From positions 41,356,001-41,420,000 of the forward strand of contig NC_086097.1 of assembly GCF_963921235.1 (NCBI RefSeq): a DNA stretch of 64,000 nucleotides, in the 5' to 3' direction. Source of the stretch: Mobula hypostoma. Taxonomy: Eukaryota. The notes beneath the pieces are model-generated. The model saw only the letters and a program-made list of their open reading frames with translations, was not told the origin of the DNA and did not search any database. Positions within the stretch are counted from its first letter, which is position 1. Each line of letters opens with the position of its first letter. This document shows, piece by piece, positions 25,101 to 35,725 of this stretch. Position numbers and translations under genes: made by a program.

Positions 25101-26820
25101 AGGGTTGGCAAGTTTGCAGACAACACAAAGTTTGGTGGTGTTGTGGATAGTGTAGAGGATTGTCGAAGATTGTAGAGAGATATTGATAGGATGCAGAAGT
25201 GGGCTGAGAAGTGGCAGATGGAGTTCAACCCGGAGAAGTGTGAGGTGGTACACTTTGGAAGGACAAACACCAAGGCAGAGTACAAAATAAATGGCAGAAT
25301 ACTTGGTAGTGTGGAGGAGCAGAGGGATCTGGGGGTACATGTCCATAGATCCCTGAAAGTTGCCTCACAGGTAGATAGGGTAGTTAAAAAAGCTTATGGG
25401 GTGTTAGCTTTCATAAGTCGAGGGATAGAGTTTAAGAGTCGCGGGGTAATGATGCAGCTCTATACATCTGTGGTTAGGCCACACTTGGGTACTGTGTCCA
25501 GTTCTGGTCGCCTCACTATAGGAAGGATATGGAAGCATTGGAAAGAGTACAGAGGAGATTTACCAGGATGCTGCCTGGTTTAGCGAGTATGCATTATGAT
25601 CAGAGATTAAGGGAGCCAGGGCTTTACTCTTTGGAGAGAAGGAGGATGAGAGGAGACATTTTAGAGGTATACAAGATATTAAGAGGAACAGATGGAGTGG
25701 ATAGCCAGCACCTCTTCCCCAGAGCACCACTGCTCAATACAAGAGGACATGCTTTAAGGTAAGGGGTGGGAATTTCAAAGGGGATATTAGAGGAAGGTTT
25801 TTTACTCAGAGTGGTTGTTGCATGGAATGCTCTGCCTGAGTCAGTGGTGGAGGCAGATACACTGGTGAAATTTAAGAGATTGCTAGACAGGTATATGGAG
25901 GAATATGAGGTTCGGGGTTATATGGGAGGTAGGGTTTAAGGGTCGGCATAACATTGTGGGCTGAAGGGCCTCTACTTTGCTGTACTATTCTATATTTTTT
26001 GTTCTATGAGTCATTTTACAGAATAGGATTCCCAGACAATATGTGGAAAGTTAAAATCACCTACTATAACAACCTTATGTTTCTTGCTACAGTCTGCAAT
26101 CTCTTTTGGTACTTACATGGACCATGACCTCCGGCTGTTCGCCCTCCCATTTAAGAATACTGAGGCCTCAGTCTGAGATGTCCAGGCCCTGACACGTGGG
26201 AGGCAACATACCATCCAGGAATCTCATTCTCACCTGCAGAACCTCCAGTTCGTTCCCCTAACTAACTAACTAATCCCCTATCACCACCGTGTGCTTCTTC
26301 TCCCCTCTTCCCTTCTGAGTCACAGAGTCGGACTCGGTGCCAGAGACCTGACCACTGTGACTTTTCTCTGTTAAGTCATCCCCCCGGACAATATCCCAAG
26401 TGATATACCTTTTATTGAGGGGAATGGCCTCAGGTGTACTCTGAACTGGCTCCCTAACCCTTCTTGACTATCACCCATCTTCCTGTGTCCTTCACTTTGG
26501 GTGTAACTATTTCTCTCTCTGTCCCATCTATCACCCCTTCATCCTCCCAAATGATCCAGAGTTCATCCAATTCCAGTACCAGCTCCAGCTCCTTAACATC
26601 GATTTTTAGAAATTGCATCTAGTAGTTCTTCTCGCAGCTGTAGCCATCAGGGACACTGGAGATCTCCCTGCTTCCCATATCCTGCAGGAGGAACATTCCA
26701 CTATCCTGCCTGGTATCTCTATGTCCTAACTAAGCAAATGTAAAGAAGTGATGGAAAAAAAGACAACCTGGAGTTTTCCTTTTCTTTACTTTCTCTGACT
26801 GAAGCCTCAAAGAGCTAAAG
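22190..26820 (-). mobile_element. Older, long CR1 with internal deletions (pieces 22190-23956 and 26013-26820), including ORF1 remnants
   Basis: YRPVSLTS, MDFSKAF, GVPQG and KFVDDTK in ORF 22311-22985; VECSSCRIWE zinc-finger-like ORF1 start near 26670-26705; joins across the + strand CR1. Confidence 0.85.
23957..26007 (+). mobile_element. Young 5'-truncated CR1 LINE with 5-bp TSD
   Basis: KENPKAFFNYVK, KSPGPD, NYRPVSLTSVVGK, QHGFVKGRSCLT and GVPQGSVLGP; GAGTC at 23952-23956 and 26008-26012; same subfamily as 15025-16253. Confidence 0.95.
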
Positions 26821-26825
26821 CAAAG

Positions 26826-27128
26826 AGGTTTTCCCACACCACTATGTTCAAAAACAGCTATTTCCCTTCAACCATTTGGTTCCTGAACCAACTGGCACAA
26901 CTATCGTCACAACAGTTTTGCAATACTGTGACCACTAAAACTTAGCTTTTTTTAATACTAATTGTGCTCTTTCTTGTAAAGAATGTGTTTTATTTATGAT
27001 TAATTTATATTTTTCTTGTGAATATTGTTACATAACACCATGTGTCAGTAATGCTGCTGCAAGCAAAATTTTCCTTACACCTGTGCATAAATGTAATTAT
27101 ACATATGACAATATACTTGACTTTGACT
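26826..27128 (+). mobile_element. Rex1/Babar 3' end (right part of the 18170 element)
   Basis: CCCACACCACTATGTTCAAAAACAGCTATTTCCC continues the Rex C-terminus; CTTGACTTTGACT tail. Confidence 0.7.
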
Positions 27129-28377
27129 GGTGATTGGTCAATAATACTTCTACCCACCAGCAGTAAGACAGAAGGCCTGGTCAGCCTAATGATATTTGAT
27201 AGACGTCAATAGATGGAACAGGACTTTCAAGACAGTGGTGATGAATAGCTGTGCTTTGTCATTATACAATAAGGAGAGGGCAATTACTTATTCAGGGTAC
27301 CTCCCCTTTAGTGAAAATGACCCTTGGGACAGGTGGAAATCTGTCTTCAGCGTCTTCATATAAGGCATTACCTAGAAATAACTTTTTACGTTACCCAATA
27401 TTGGTCTTGATAAATTAAATCTGTTTAGGCTTTATATTTGCATTCAATTAAATTTTCTCTGATTTCTGTTTCTTTTTACTCCCTGTTTTATAAATATGTT
27501 TGCAGTTTTGATCTCCTTACTAAGAAGGCGTATGTTTGCCTGAAAAACAATACAATTAAGATAGATTGGATCTCCAAGCTGACAGGATTGTTCTGAGAAG
27601 AGATTGAGACAACTACACTTCTGTATGATAGAATTTAGGTGATTTCAAAATATATATATTTTTTACTTCTTCAGGGGCTTTGGGCTTGACATGCAGATAC
27701 TGAGAAAATGTTTCCCTGAGTTGGAAATCTTCAGGATAAGGAGTTGGTGTCTAGTACAGGAATGAGAAGAATTTTCCAGTGTCTAGGACAGAAATGAGAT
27801 CAATTTTCTTAACTCAGGACCTGTGAATGTTTGGAACTCTCTGCTCTGAAGCACTATGCTCAGTACATTCAAGTGATCCAAGCTTGAAGGTGCAGTTCCG
27901 GTAGAGGATCAGGCAGGCGTCTATTGAACACTGGAATGTGCACAAAGGACCAAGAACCTTATTTGTTTTATATTATGTTCCAGAAATAACTTCAAGCAAT
28001 GCCAGCTAGCTTTTACAGAAAGCCTTTTGCATTACGTTATGAAACCTTATTCATCAATTTCATTACGATGCCACTCAACTCCCTATTAGCTCTTGTGTAA
28101 ATCTCATTTCATGCAATGACTTACTCGACTGCTCATCACATGCAAGTCTTTACGGATCATTGATCCACATTTGTGTGCGGAAGAATGTCGTCCTGAATTG
28201 GTACATGATGGAGCGATAGAAGGGTCCATTGCTTCAATACCATCGTTGGCTAATAAACCTTAGCATGCTGTGTGAATTAACCTGCACTTTCTCTGTCATT
28301 TTTTTGCCTTCATGTGCACTGTATAAAAAATTGTGAATAATCTTCTGTGCAACTGTAATAATCTCTCTTTTTCTCAG

Positions 28378-28526
28378 GCAAAGCTTATCCTCCTGAATTC
28401 TATTATGATACACCCAACCCACTTTGGCAAAACCGAGCCCGTGTCTATTCGTACATGCTACAGTGGACCCAGATGAACCCTAATGCTGTTGACCGAATCC
28501 TAGCATACCGGTTGGGGATTAGGCAG
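28378..28526 (+). CDS. MDGA2: Internal coding exon (149 nt, phase 1 to phase 0) of MAM domain-containing GPI anchor protein 2; start of the FN3 domain
   Basis: Acceptor TCTCTCTTTTTCTCAG (AG 28376-28377), donor CAG|GTATGA (GT 28527-28528). Translation (G)[49 protein letters not shown] closely matches recalled human MDGA2 [50 protein letters not shown]. Confidence 0.93.
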
Positions 28527-29691
28527 GTATGAAAACTTGATGTTCTATTGTCACTTAAAGGAATATTTGTGTGGATCATTCAGAACCTCTCCTTCTAAAA
28601 ACAGTGAAACTGAACTGCTTATGCATGTGCTGTTTATCTGTTTGGTTGCTTTGATGTGAGGGAGTTTCAAAGTTCGATGTGTAAACAATTCATTATCTCA
28701 GTACACAAAAGATATTGTGATGAAATATTGTAATCTTTTGTACATGCCACAAAAAGTAAGCATACAGTTAAAATAGAATTGTTACCAAATTGATCATTAA
28801 CACTCATGAAATTACAATGATTTATCAAACTAACCAGCATACACGATTGTGTAGAAGAGTCTTTTTCTGTAATTGACTTGGCAAGCATCCCGACATGACT
28901 TCTGAAGTCTGTGACAGATTTCATGAGTTGGCATTTGCATACAAAAGAAATTGTTTGTAGCTCATTTGTATTTCAGTATCACACAGTTCAGTCACTGCCA
29001 TTGATAGTGACTTCCTTTCATCTCAACAGACAGTAGCTAAAAGTAAGACCTGTGGGAAAAGATGGAAGTTCAGCATAAAACACAAATGAATATGCCACAT
29101 TCTGACAGAAGTTATGAATAAAATAACTTTGTGAGGATTAGGTCACATGGTTAAAAACACATCATGCATTCAAATCTCTGTTGATGGAAAAGGTGCCTGT
29201 AAATCCAAGGGGTTTCTGCAAAGGGAATAACTGGTATTGTTGCTTTTATTCTTTGTTTTTTTTTATCTGGGCATGAGTAATTATTACCCTTTATTTATCC
29301 TTGAAAAGGTTGTGGTAACCATTTGAACCACAGCAATTCGTTTGGTGGAGGTACTTGGTATGATGCTGTTGAGAAGGGGTTTTTAGGATTTAGGATCAAT
29401 GACATACTTCCATGTCAAGATTATGTGTGGATAGAGGGGCATCTACATTTGGTGCTGTTTCCAATGTGCCTGCTGCCCTTGTTCTGCTGTTGAGTGTCTG
29501 AAACATCACTGGGGTTAAAATTGCTGCATCAAGTGTTAAAACGGATTCAAGTGAGCCTGCCTATTTCAATGTGTTCAGCAACTCATTGAGATTCTTCATG
29601 TAGTGGGTTTCCTCGAGTGGCTCTGCCTTGTGGGTAAGTGTAGGGACCATCGTATAGAGTTGACTGAGGTTCAAGTGTACCACCCAGCATA

Positions 29692-30291
29692 TGAGGGGTG
29701 ATTGATAAGTTCATGTCCTAAGGTAGAAGGAGTCAATTTTAGAAAACTCAGCACATTTATTTTTCCTACATTTACACACTTAGTCCAGTGGTCGTGGAGC
29801 ATACGGATCCCTTCTTTGTAGAAGTGGTCCACAGCAGGGGTGATTGATAAGTTCGTGGCCTATGGTAGAAGGAGGTGAGTTATTAACTTCAAACTTCCTG
29901 CATTTTCACTCAAAGAGTTGAATTGCATGTGCATGTAACGAGAGCTGTGTAACTCATCTCCTACTACCTAAGGCCACAAACTTATCAATCACCCCTGCTG
30001 TTGACCACCTGGAGGTCCAAGACGCTCTCGTTACATGCACGTGCAGTTCAACTCTCTGAGTGAAAATGTAGAAAGTTTGAAGTTAATAACTCATCTCCTT
30101 CCGCCATAGGCCACGAACTTATCAATCATCACTGCTGTGGACCACTTCTACAAAGAAGGGATCTGTACGCTCCACGACCGCTGGACTAAGTGTGTACATG
30201 TAGAAGGGGACTATATTGAAAAATAAATGTGCTAGGTTTTCTAAAATTGACTCCTTCTACCTTAGGCCACGAACTTATCAATCACCTCTCA
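29692..30291. mobile_element. Fold-back non-autonomous mariner derivative (MITE-like)
   Basis: TIR TGAGGGGTGATTGATAAGTTC after TA (29690-29691) and its inverse ending at 30291; long inverted arms; DHFYKEGICTLHDRWTKCVHVEGDYIEK* (30140-30226) resembles a mariner transposase C-terminus. Confidence 0.88.
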
Positions 30292-31149
30292 TCTTTCAGG
30301 AGAACATTGAGAAACCTAGTCTGGTATTTGTGAGCTATTGAATGCAGTGAGGCAGTACCTAAGGGCATGTCCACAGCATTCATTCACACTCCCCAGCTTG
30401 TGCTCATCCATTCCTGGACCTGATCCCAGTTGTCCTAATGGAAGGTGTGCATAAAGTACAGCATCACTCTTCTGTGTGGATATTTTCTACAGTGTTGTCA
30501 CAGAATGTTATTCTCAGGGTCTGGTTTGCATTTCTACTGTCATAATGTAATGTTGTAACTTCTTTTTATTCCATCTCTGGAATTACTCTCTGTGTAAATA
30601 ACAGCAGATTCTTACCCCTAACAGATGGTTTTATATCTGAGCTGTAATGAATTTAGATGGTCTTAAGCCAGGTCCCCTGCGAACACATCTATTATACAAA
30701 CAGCTTACTAAGGCTGCACAGTCACTGTGAGAGATGCTAGTGCACAGTGAGAGATACAGCAAGTCTGCTCATTTGAGCTTACACTCGACACTGTTTACTT
30801 GGCACAATGCAGAGAGAAAGCAAAGTTCCACTTTGAAAACCCTGAGAAGGATCGTCATCAAATTAGTTCCACGCTCACCAAGGGCAAAACATTTTCTGCA
30901 CTAAATTAAATTTATACTGGGAGGTTTTCATACAATCAGTGTACCTTGGTTAGTCCAAGAGAAGGCCTATCAGTTCTGAATTGAAAAGTTGGAGATTTAA
31001 GTTCCACCTAGACCCTCGTCCGCATAATTCAACAGTGAAAAGCAGAACATCCTCGCGTACAGGTCCTCCCCAAGTTATGGCAGAACCTTTCGTAACCTAG
31101 GCAGTCCGCAATATTTCCAACAATATTGGAAATTATATAAGTGAAAATA

Positions 31150-32305
31150 TTGTTTTGCATACTGTTTATACAGAACAATTCATTACACAAAGCATTGACC
31201 TAGAATAAGATAAATTGCTAAGAATGCAGAATAAAGTGTTAAAGCTTATGGGGTGGGAAGATGGCGGCCTGACGCAGCTCACAGCGGCCACTCCGGTGGT
31301 GATGTCTGTTAGTTGTCAAGTAGGGTGCCATGCACAATCCTGATTTGATGGAGACAGACGTGAGAGCATGGAGGAACATCTGGTGAAACATCTGAAATGC
31401 CTGTTTTGCTGCTGCTGCTACTGTGTGGTCCAGAATCTCTGGAGGGGAAGGCACTGAGTCCTCGGCTTTGCTTGTTGCTTGGCGGCCAGGGCTGGGTCGA
31501 AGCACTCAGCAGAGGATGGCGCTCGGAGAGGCTGTGTTGGAGGCTCAAAGTTTTCGAACGCACTCAGAGTCCGCTGTGGATGAGTGCTTCAAATGGTGCT
31601 GCATCGGCGAGTTGGTGGCTCTTGGAGGTTCATGGCGGGGAGAGTTCCTCCCTTCTGCTGCCTGTGTGGGATGATGAGTCTACCGGGACTTTGAGACTTT
31701 TTTTTTATCGTGCCCATGGTCTGCTCTTTATTACTTTGCACTGTTGTAACGATATGTTATAATTATGTGGTCTTGTCAGTTTTAGTCTTGGTTTGTCCTG
31801 TATTTTCTTGTGATATCATTCTGGAGGAACGTTGTATCATTTTTTTTAATGCATGCATTTCTAAATGACAATAAATGAAACTGAACTGAAAGAGTGCAGC
31901 GCAGGTAAAGTGCAAGATCATAATAAGGTAGATTGTGAGGCCAAGAGTCCATCTTAACGTAGGAGAGGTCCATTCAAGAGTCTAGTAAGAGTTGGATAAA
32001 AGCTGTCCTTAAGTCTATTGGTAAGGGCTTTCAGGTTTTTGTGTCTTCTCCCCGATGGGAGGGGGAAGGAGAGGGGTGTCAGGGGTCTTTGATTATGTTG
32101 GATACTTTACAGAGGCAGCGAGAAGTGTAGACAGAGTTGTTAGAAGGGAGGCTGGTTCCTGTGATGTGCTGAGCCACGTCCACAACTCTTCATAGTTTCT
32201 TGCAGTCACATGCAAAGTAGTTGCAATACCAAGCTGTTCTGCACCCAGTCAGAATCCTTTCTATGGTGCATCGATAAGAATTGTTAAGAGTCATCAGACG
32301 CATCA
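31150..32305 (-). mobile_element. Rex1/Babar 3' fragment (host of the 31250-31890 insertion)
   Basis: YRCTIERILTGCRTAWY in ORF 32190-32384; GGGGTCTTTGATTATGTTGG (IIKDP). Confidence 0.7.
31250..31890 (+). mobile_element. Non-coding, non-autonomous retroelement starting AAGATGGCGGC (copy 2)
   Basis: Homologous to 9198-9850 (e.g. GATTTGATGGAGACAG, GGAACATCTGG, TGCACTGTTGTAAC, CTAAATGACAATAAA); (AACTG)n tail. Confidence 0.7.
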
Positions 32306-34499
32306 AAGTGAGCTTGATATGGTCGCAAAGTGAGTTCCCAGACAGCAGAAGATGTCTGCAGCTCCACAGCAGCCACATTTCCATCCCACTGACCTGCAGA
32401 ATCTCGACTGTATGTATGGGCTACACATAAATTCATCACTTGTAACCCAGGGAAGACCTATATTAGCCTGAAAACAGTAATGGAGTAAGAAATAGTAACA
32501 GGGCACCTGATTGTAATAGGATGGCATTTTGCATGAGGAGAAATTAAGAAGACTGGTCTTGTGTTTAGGAGAATAGGTGGTGAGCTCAGTGACTGTTATG
32601 GAGCCCCACAGGTAAAAAGATGTGACCATGTTTATGCTGGTGAACACTAGGAGTCATGGACTCAAAATGAGGGGTCCGCCGCTTAGGACAGAAAGAGAAG
32701 AAATTTCTTCAGACAGAGGTCAATGCATCGTCGGAATTCTCCACTCAAAGGGCTGTGAAGGGTCTGTTGCCTAGTATAACTATTAACAAAATCAAAGAAA
32801 AAGTGATAGTACGGGCAAATAGCATTGAGGTTGAAGATATAGCTTGATCTTTCTTACTGCTAGAACAGTCACAAGGGGCCAAATGGTCTTCTCCTGCTTT
32901 TACTTCTTGAGTTCTTGGGGGTCAGGATGAAAAAAAAACAGAACTAATATTTCAGATTGATATGTCATCGAGATGTACACTTCACAAGAGACATCTCCAT
33001 GTACACAGGAGAAGTGACGTTCTCTCCGATACATTCAAATTAGATATGAAACTGAGGCTTTAGGTGCATTTACAAGATCCAATTATACCCTTAGAAGATA
33101 TGCAATATTTATCCTCGAATCAAGAAAATAAAAGAATGTGGCATTGTGTTGATCAAAACTTGCTGTCCACAAGATCTCTGTCACTGACCCTGTACTGCAA
33201 AATACCACTACACTTCACAAGGGGTAAACTTCAGATGATTTAATGGTTTTCCTTTTTAAAGCTGCTGTCCTCCCTTTCAAATCTTCCATCAGCATTTCTC
33301 TCAGAAAATATCCTTAACTTCCCCATTCTTGAATGTTACTACCCTGTCTTCAACCTTACTGTAATTTTCACAATCGTTGACTAACCTAGTCTTCCAATTG
33401 TGTGCTTCCAGCTAGCTTTCTGTCCATACCACAGTATTTGGAAAGCTCCACTCATATTCTACAACGACATTTCATGTGATTGTGACTAAAGTAATATAAT
33501 CATCCTTGACCTTTCACCCAGTCTGCAGCTTCTGACATGTTTGACACCCCGTCTTCTCCAGCTTTGCCTGGTGTGGCATCACCCTCACTGCTTCTCATAT
33601 TTGTTGATTCACTGCCACCTCACCAATTGCCTGCCATGGCTTCTATTCCCAAATCCATGTTATTAGAACTAGAACATTATCATATCATACAGACACGTCA
33701 GCCAAAAATGTTGTGCCAACCTTTTAACCTACTCTGAGAGCAATCAAACCCTTCCCTCCTCCACTTCCATTTTCTATCGTCTGTGTGCCTATTTATCCCC
33801 TGCTTCAAGTCCATGATATTTCTGACCTAAAGTTTGACCATCTCTGTGTCAACTCCCACACGCACACGTGTGTCACACAGCTTTAATCCACTGTCTATAT
33901 TGTTAGATTGTTTGTCAAACATCCAGTTCTGGATGAGCAGAAATTTCCTTCAACTAAGTGCTGGGCCAACTGAAGCCAATGATTCTCATCTCTGTTGCAT
34001 GCATTCTGTTTCCTGGCCTCTATGCCTGGCGATAGTTTAAAACTAAATTTGGGTACATGCATTACTGGTGTCACACTTAACCCCACAATAAGCTCCTGAC
34101 CACAATTCCCTATTACCACTGAGCTGTGTATTATTTCTACAACACTGAAAGACTCTGCAAGTGCCTCAGCCCATCTTCTGTTGAAACTCTTATACGTACC
34201 TGTTGGGCTCTTGTTTGCCTTTAACTATGAATATTCCAATGCCTTCCTGACTGGCCCTTCTCATTCAGAACTCTGCAGCCAATGTCCTCAGCTCTATAGC
34301 CCCATTCACCCACCATTCTTCTTTGTGGTGCTGATTAAGTAATATCTCAATCTTAGAGACTCCATCTCTATTTTCAAATCCATCCACAGTCTCACTCTTC
34401 CATATTTAATAGATTTTCAGGTCTGGGGATATCTGTTTTTCTTTGTTTCTGGTCCCAATTTCATTGCTCCATGAAAAAAGACAACACCATATTGAGGTG

Positions 34500-35725
34500 T
34501 CTCTTGCAAAAACGCCATCCCCTTCTCGCAATTCCTCCGTCTCCGCCGCATCTGCTCTCAGGATGAGGCTTTTCATTCTAGGATGAGGGAGATGTCTTCC
34601 TTTTTTAAAGAAAGGGGCTTCCCTTCCTCCACTATCAACTCTGCTCTTAAATGCATCTCCCCCATTTCACGTACATCTGCTCTCACTCCATCCTCCTGCC
34701 ACCCCACTAGGAATAGGGTTCCCCTGGTCCTCACCTACCACCCCACCAGCCTCCAGGTCCAACATATTATTCTCCGTAACTTCCGCCACCTCCAACAGGA
34801 TCCCACCACTAAGCACATCTTTCCCTCCCGCCCTCTCTCTGCATTCCGCAGGGATCGCTCCCTACACAACTCCCTTGTCCATTCGTCCCCCACATCCCTC
34901 CCCACTGATCTCCCTCCTGGCACTTATCCGTGTAAGCGGAACAAGTGCTACACATGCCCTTACACTTCCTCCCTTACCACCATTTAGGGCCCCAAACAGT
35001 CCTTCCAGGTGAGGCAACACTTCACCTGTGAGTCGACTGGGGTGATATACTGCGTCCGGTGCTCCCGATGTGGCCTTTTATATATTGGCGAGACCCGACG
35101 CAGACTGGGAGACTGCTTTGCTGAACATCTACGCTCTGTCCGCCAGAGAAAGCAGGATCTCCCAGTGGCCACACATTTTAATTCCACATCCCATTCCCAT
35201 TCTGACATGTCTATCCACGGCCTCCTCTACTGTAAAGATGAAGCCACACTCAGGTTGGAGGAACACACCTTATATTCCGTCTGGGTAGCCTCCAACCTGA
35301 TGGCATGAACATCGACTTCTCTAACTTCCGCTAAGGCCCCACCTCCCCCTCGTACCCCATGTGTTACTCATTTTTATGCACACATTCTTTCTCTCATTCT
35401 CCTTTTTCTCCCTCTGTCCCTCTGAATATACCTCTTGCCCATCCTCTGGGTTCCCCCCACCTTGTCTTTCTTCCCGGACCTCCTGTCCCATGATCCTCTC
35501 GTATCCCCTTTTGCCTATCACCTGTCCAGCTCTTGGCTCTGTCCCTCCCCCTCCTGTCTTCTCCTATCATTTTGGATCTCCCCCTCCCCCACCAACTTTC
35601 AAATCCCTTACTCACTCTTCCTTCAGTTAGTCCTGACGAAGGGTCTCGGCCTGAAACGTCGACTGCACCTCATCCTACAGATGCTGCTTGGCCTGCTGCG
35701 TTCACCAACAACTTTGATGTGTGTT
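34500..35725 (+). mobile_element. Penelope-like element, 5'-truncated (RT thumb/linker, GIY-YIG endonuclease, pLTR) with 14-bp TSD
   Basis: AIPFSQFLRLRRICS, CKRNKCYTC, VIYCVRCSRCGLLYIGET and PDGMN; one stop (~34985) and one frameshift (~35265); ACCATATTGAGGTG at 34486-34499 and 35726-35739. Confidence 0.93.
35628..35665 (+). ncRNA. Minimal type-I hammerhead ribozyme motif in the Penelope pLTR
   Basis: Stem I TAGTC(35628-32)/GACTG(35661-65); core CTGACGA (35633-39); stem II AGG/CCT or GGGT/GCCT; GAAA (35653-56); palindromic ACGT stem III; GUC cleavage triplet ending at 35660. Confidence 0.75.

Noticed and set aside
28622..28627. TGCATG (RBFOX motif) ~95 nt downstream of the exon
   Set aside because: A single hexamer that is common in this window, and the exon is not frame-preserving; unsupported without conservation data.
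31057..31110. Short imperfect palindrome (TACAGGTCCTCCCCAAGTTATG...CGTAACCTAGGCAGTCCG) resembling a Tigger-like MITE remnant
   Set aside because: Too short and degenerate; no matching right TA or TIR could be confirmed.
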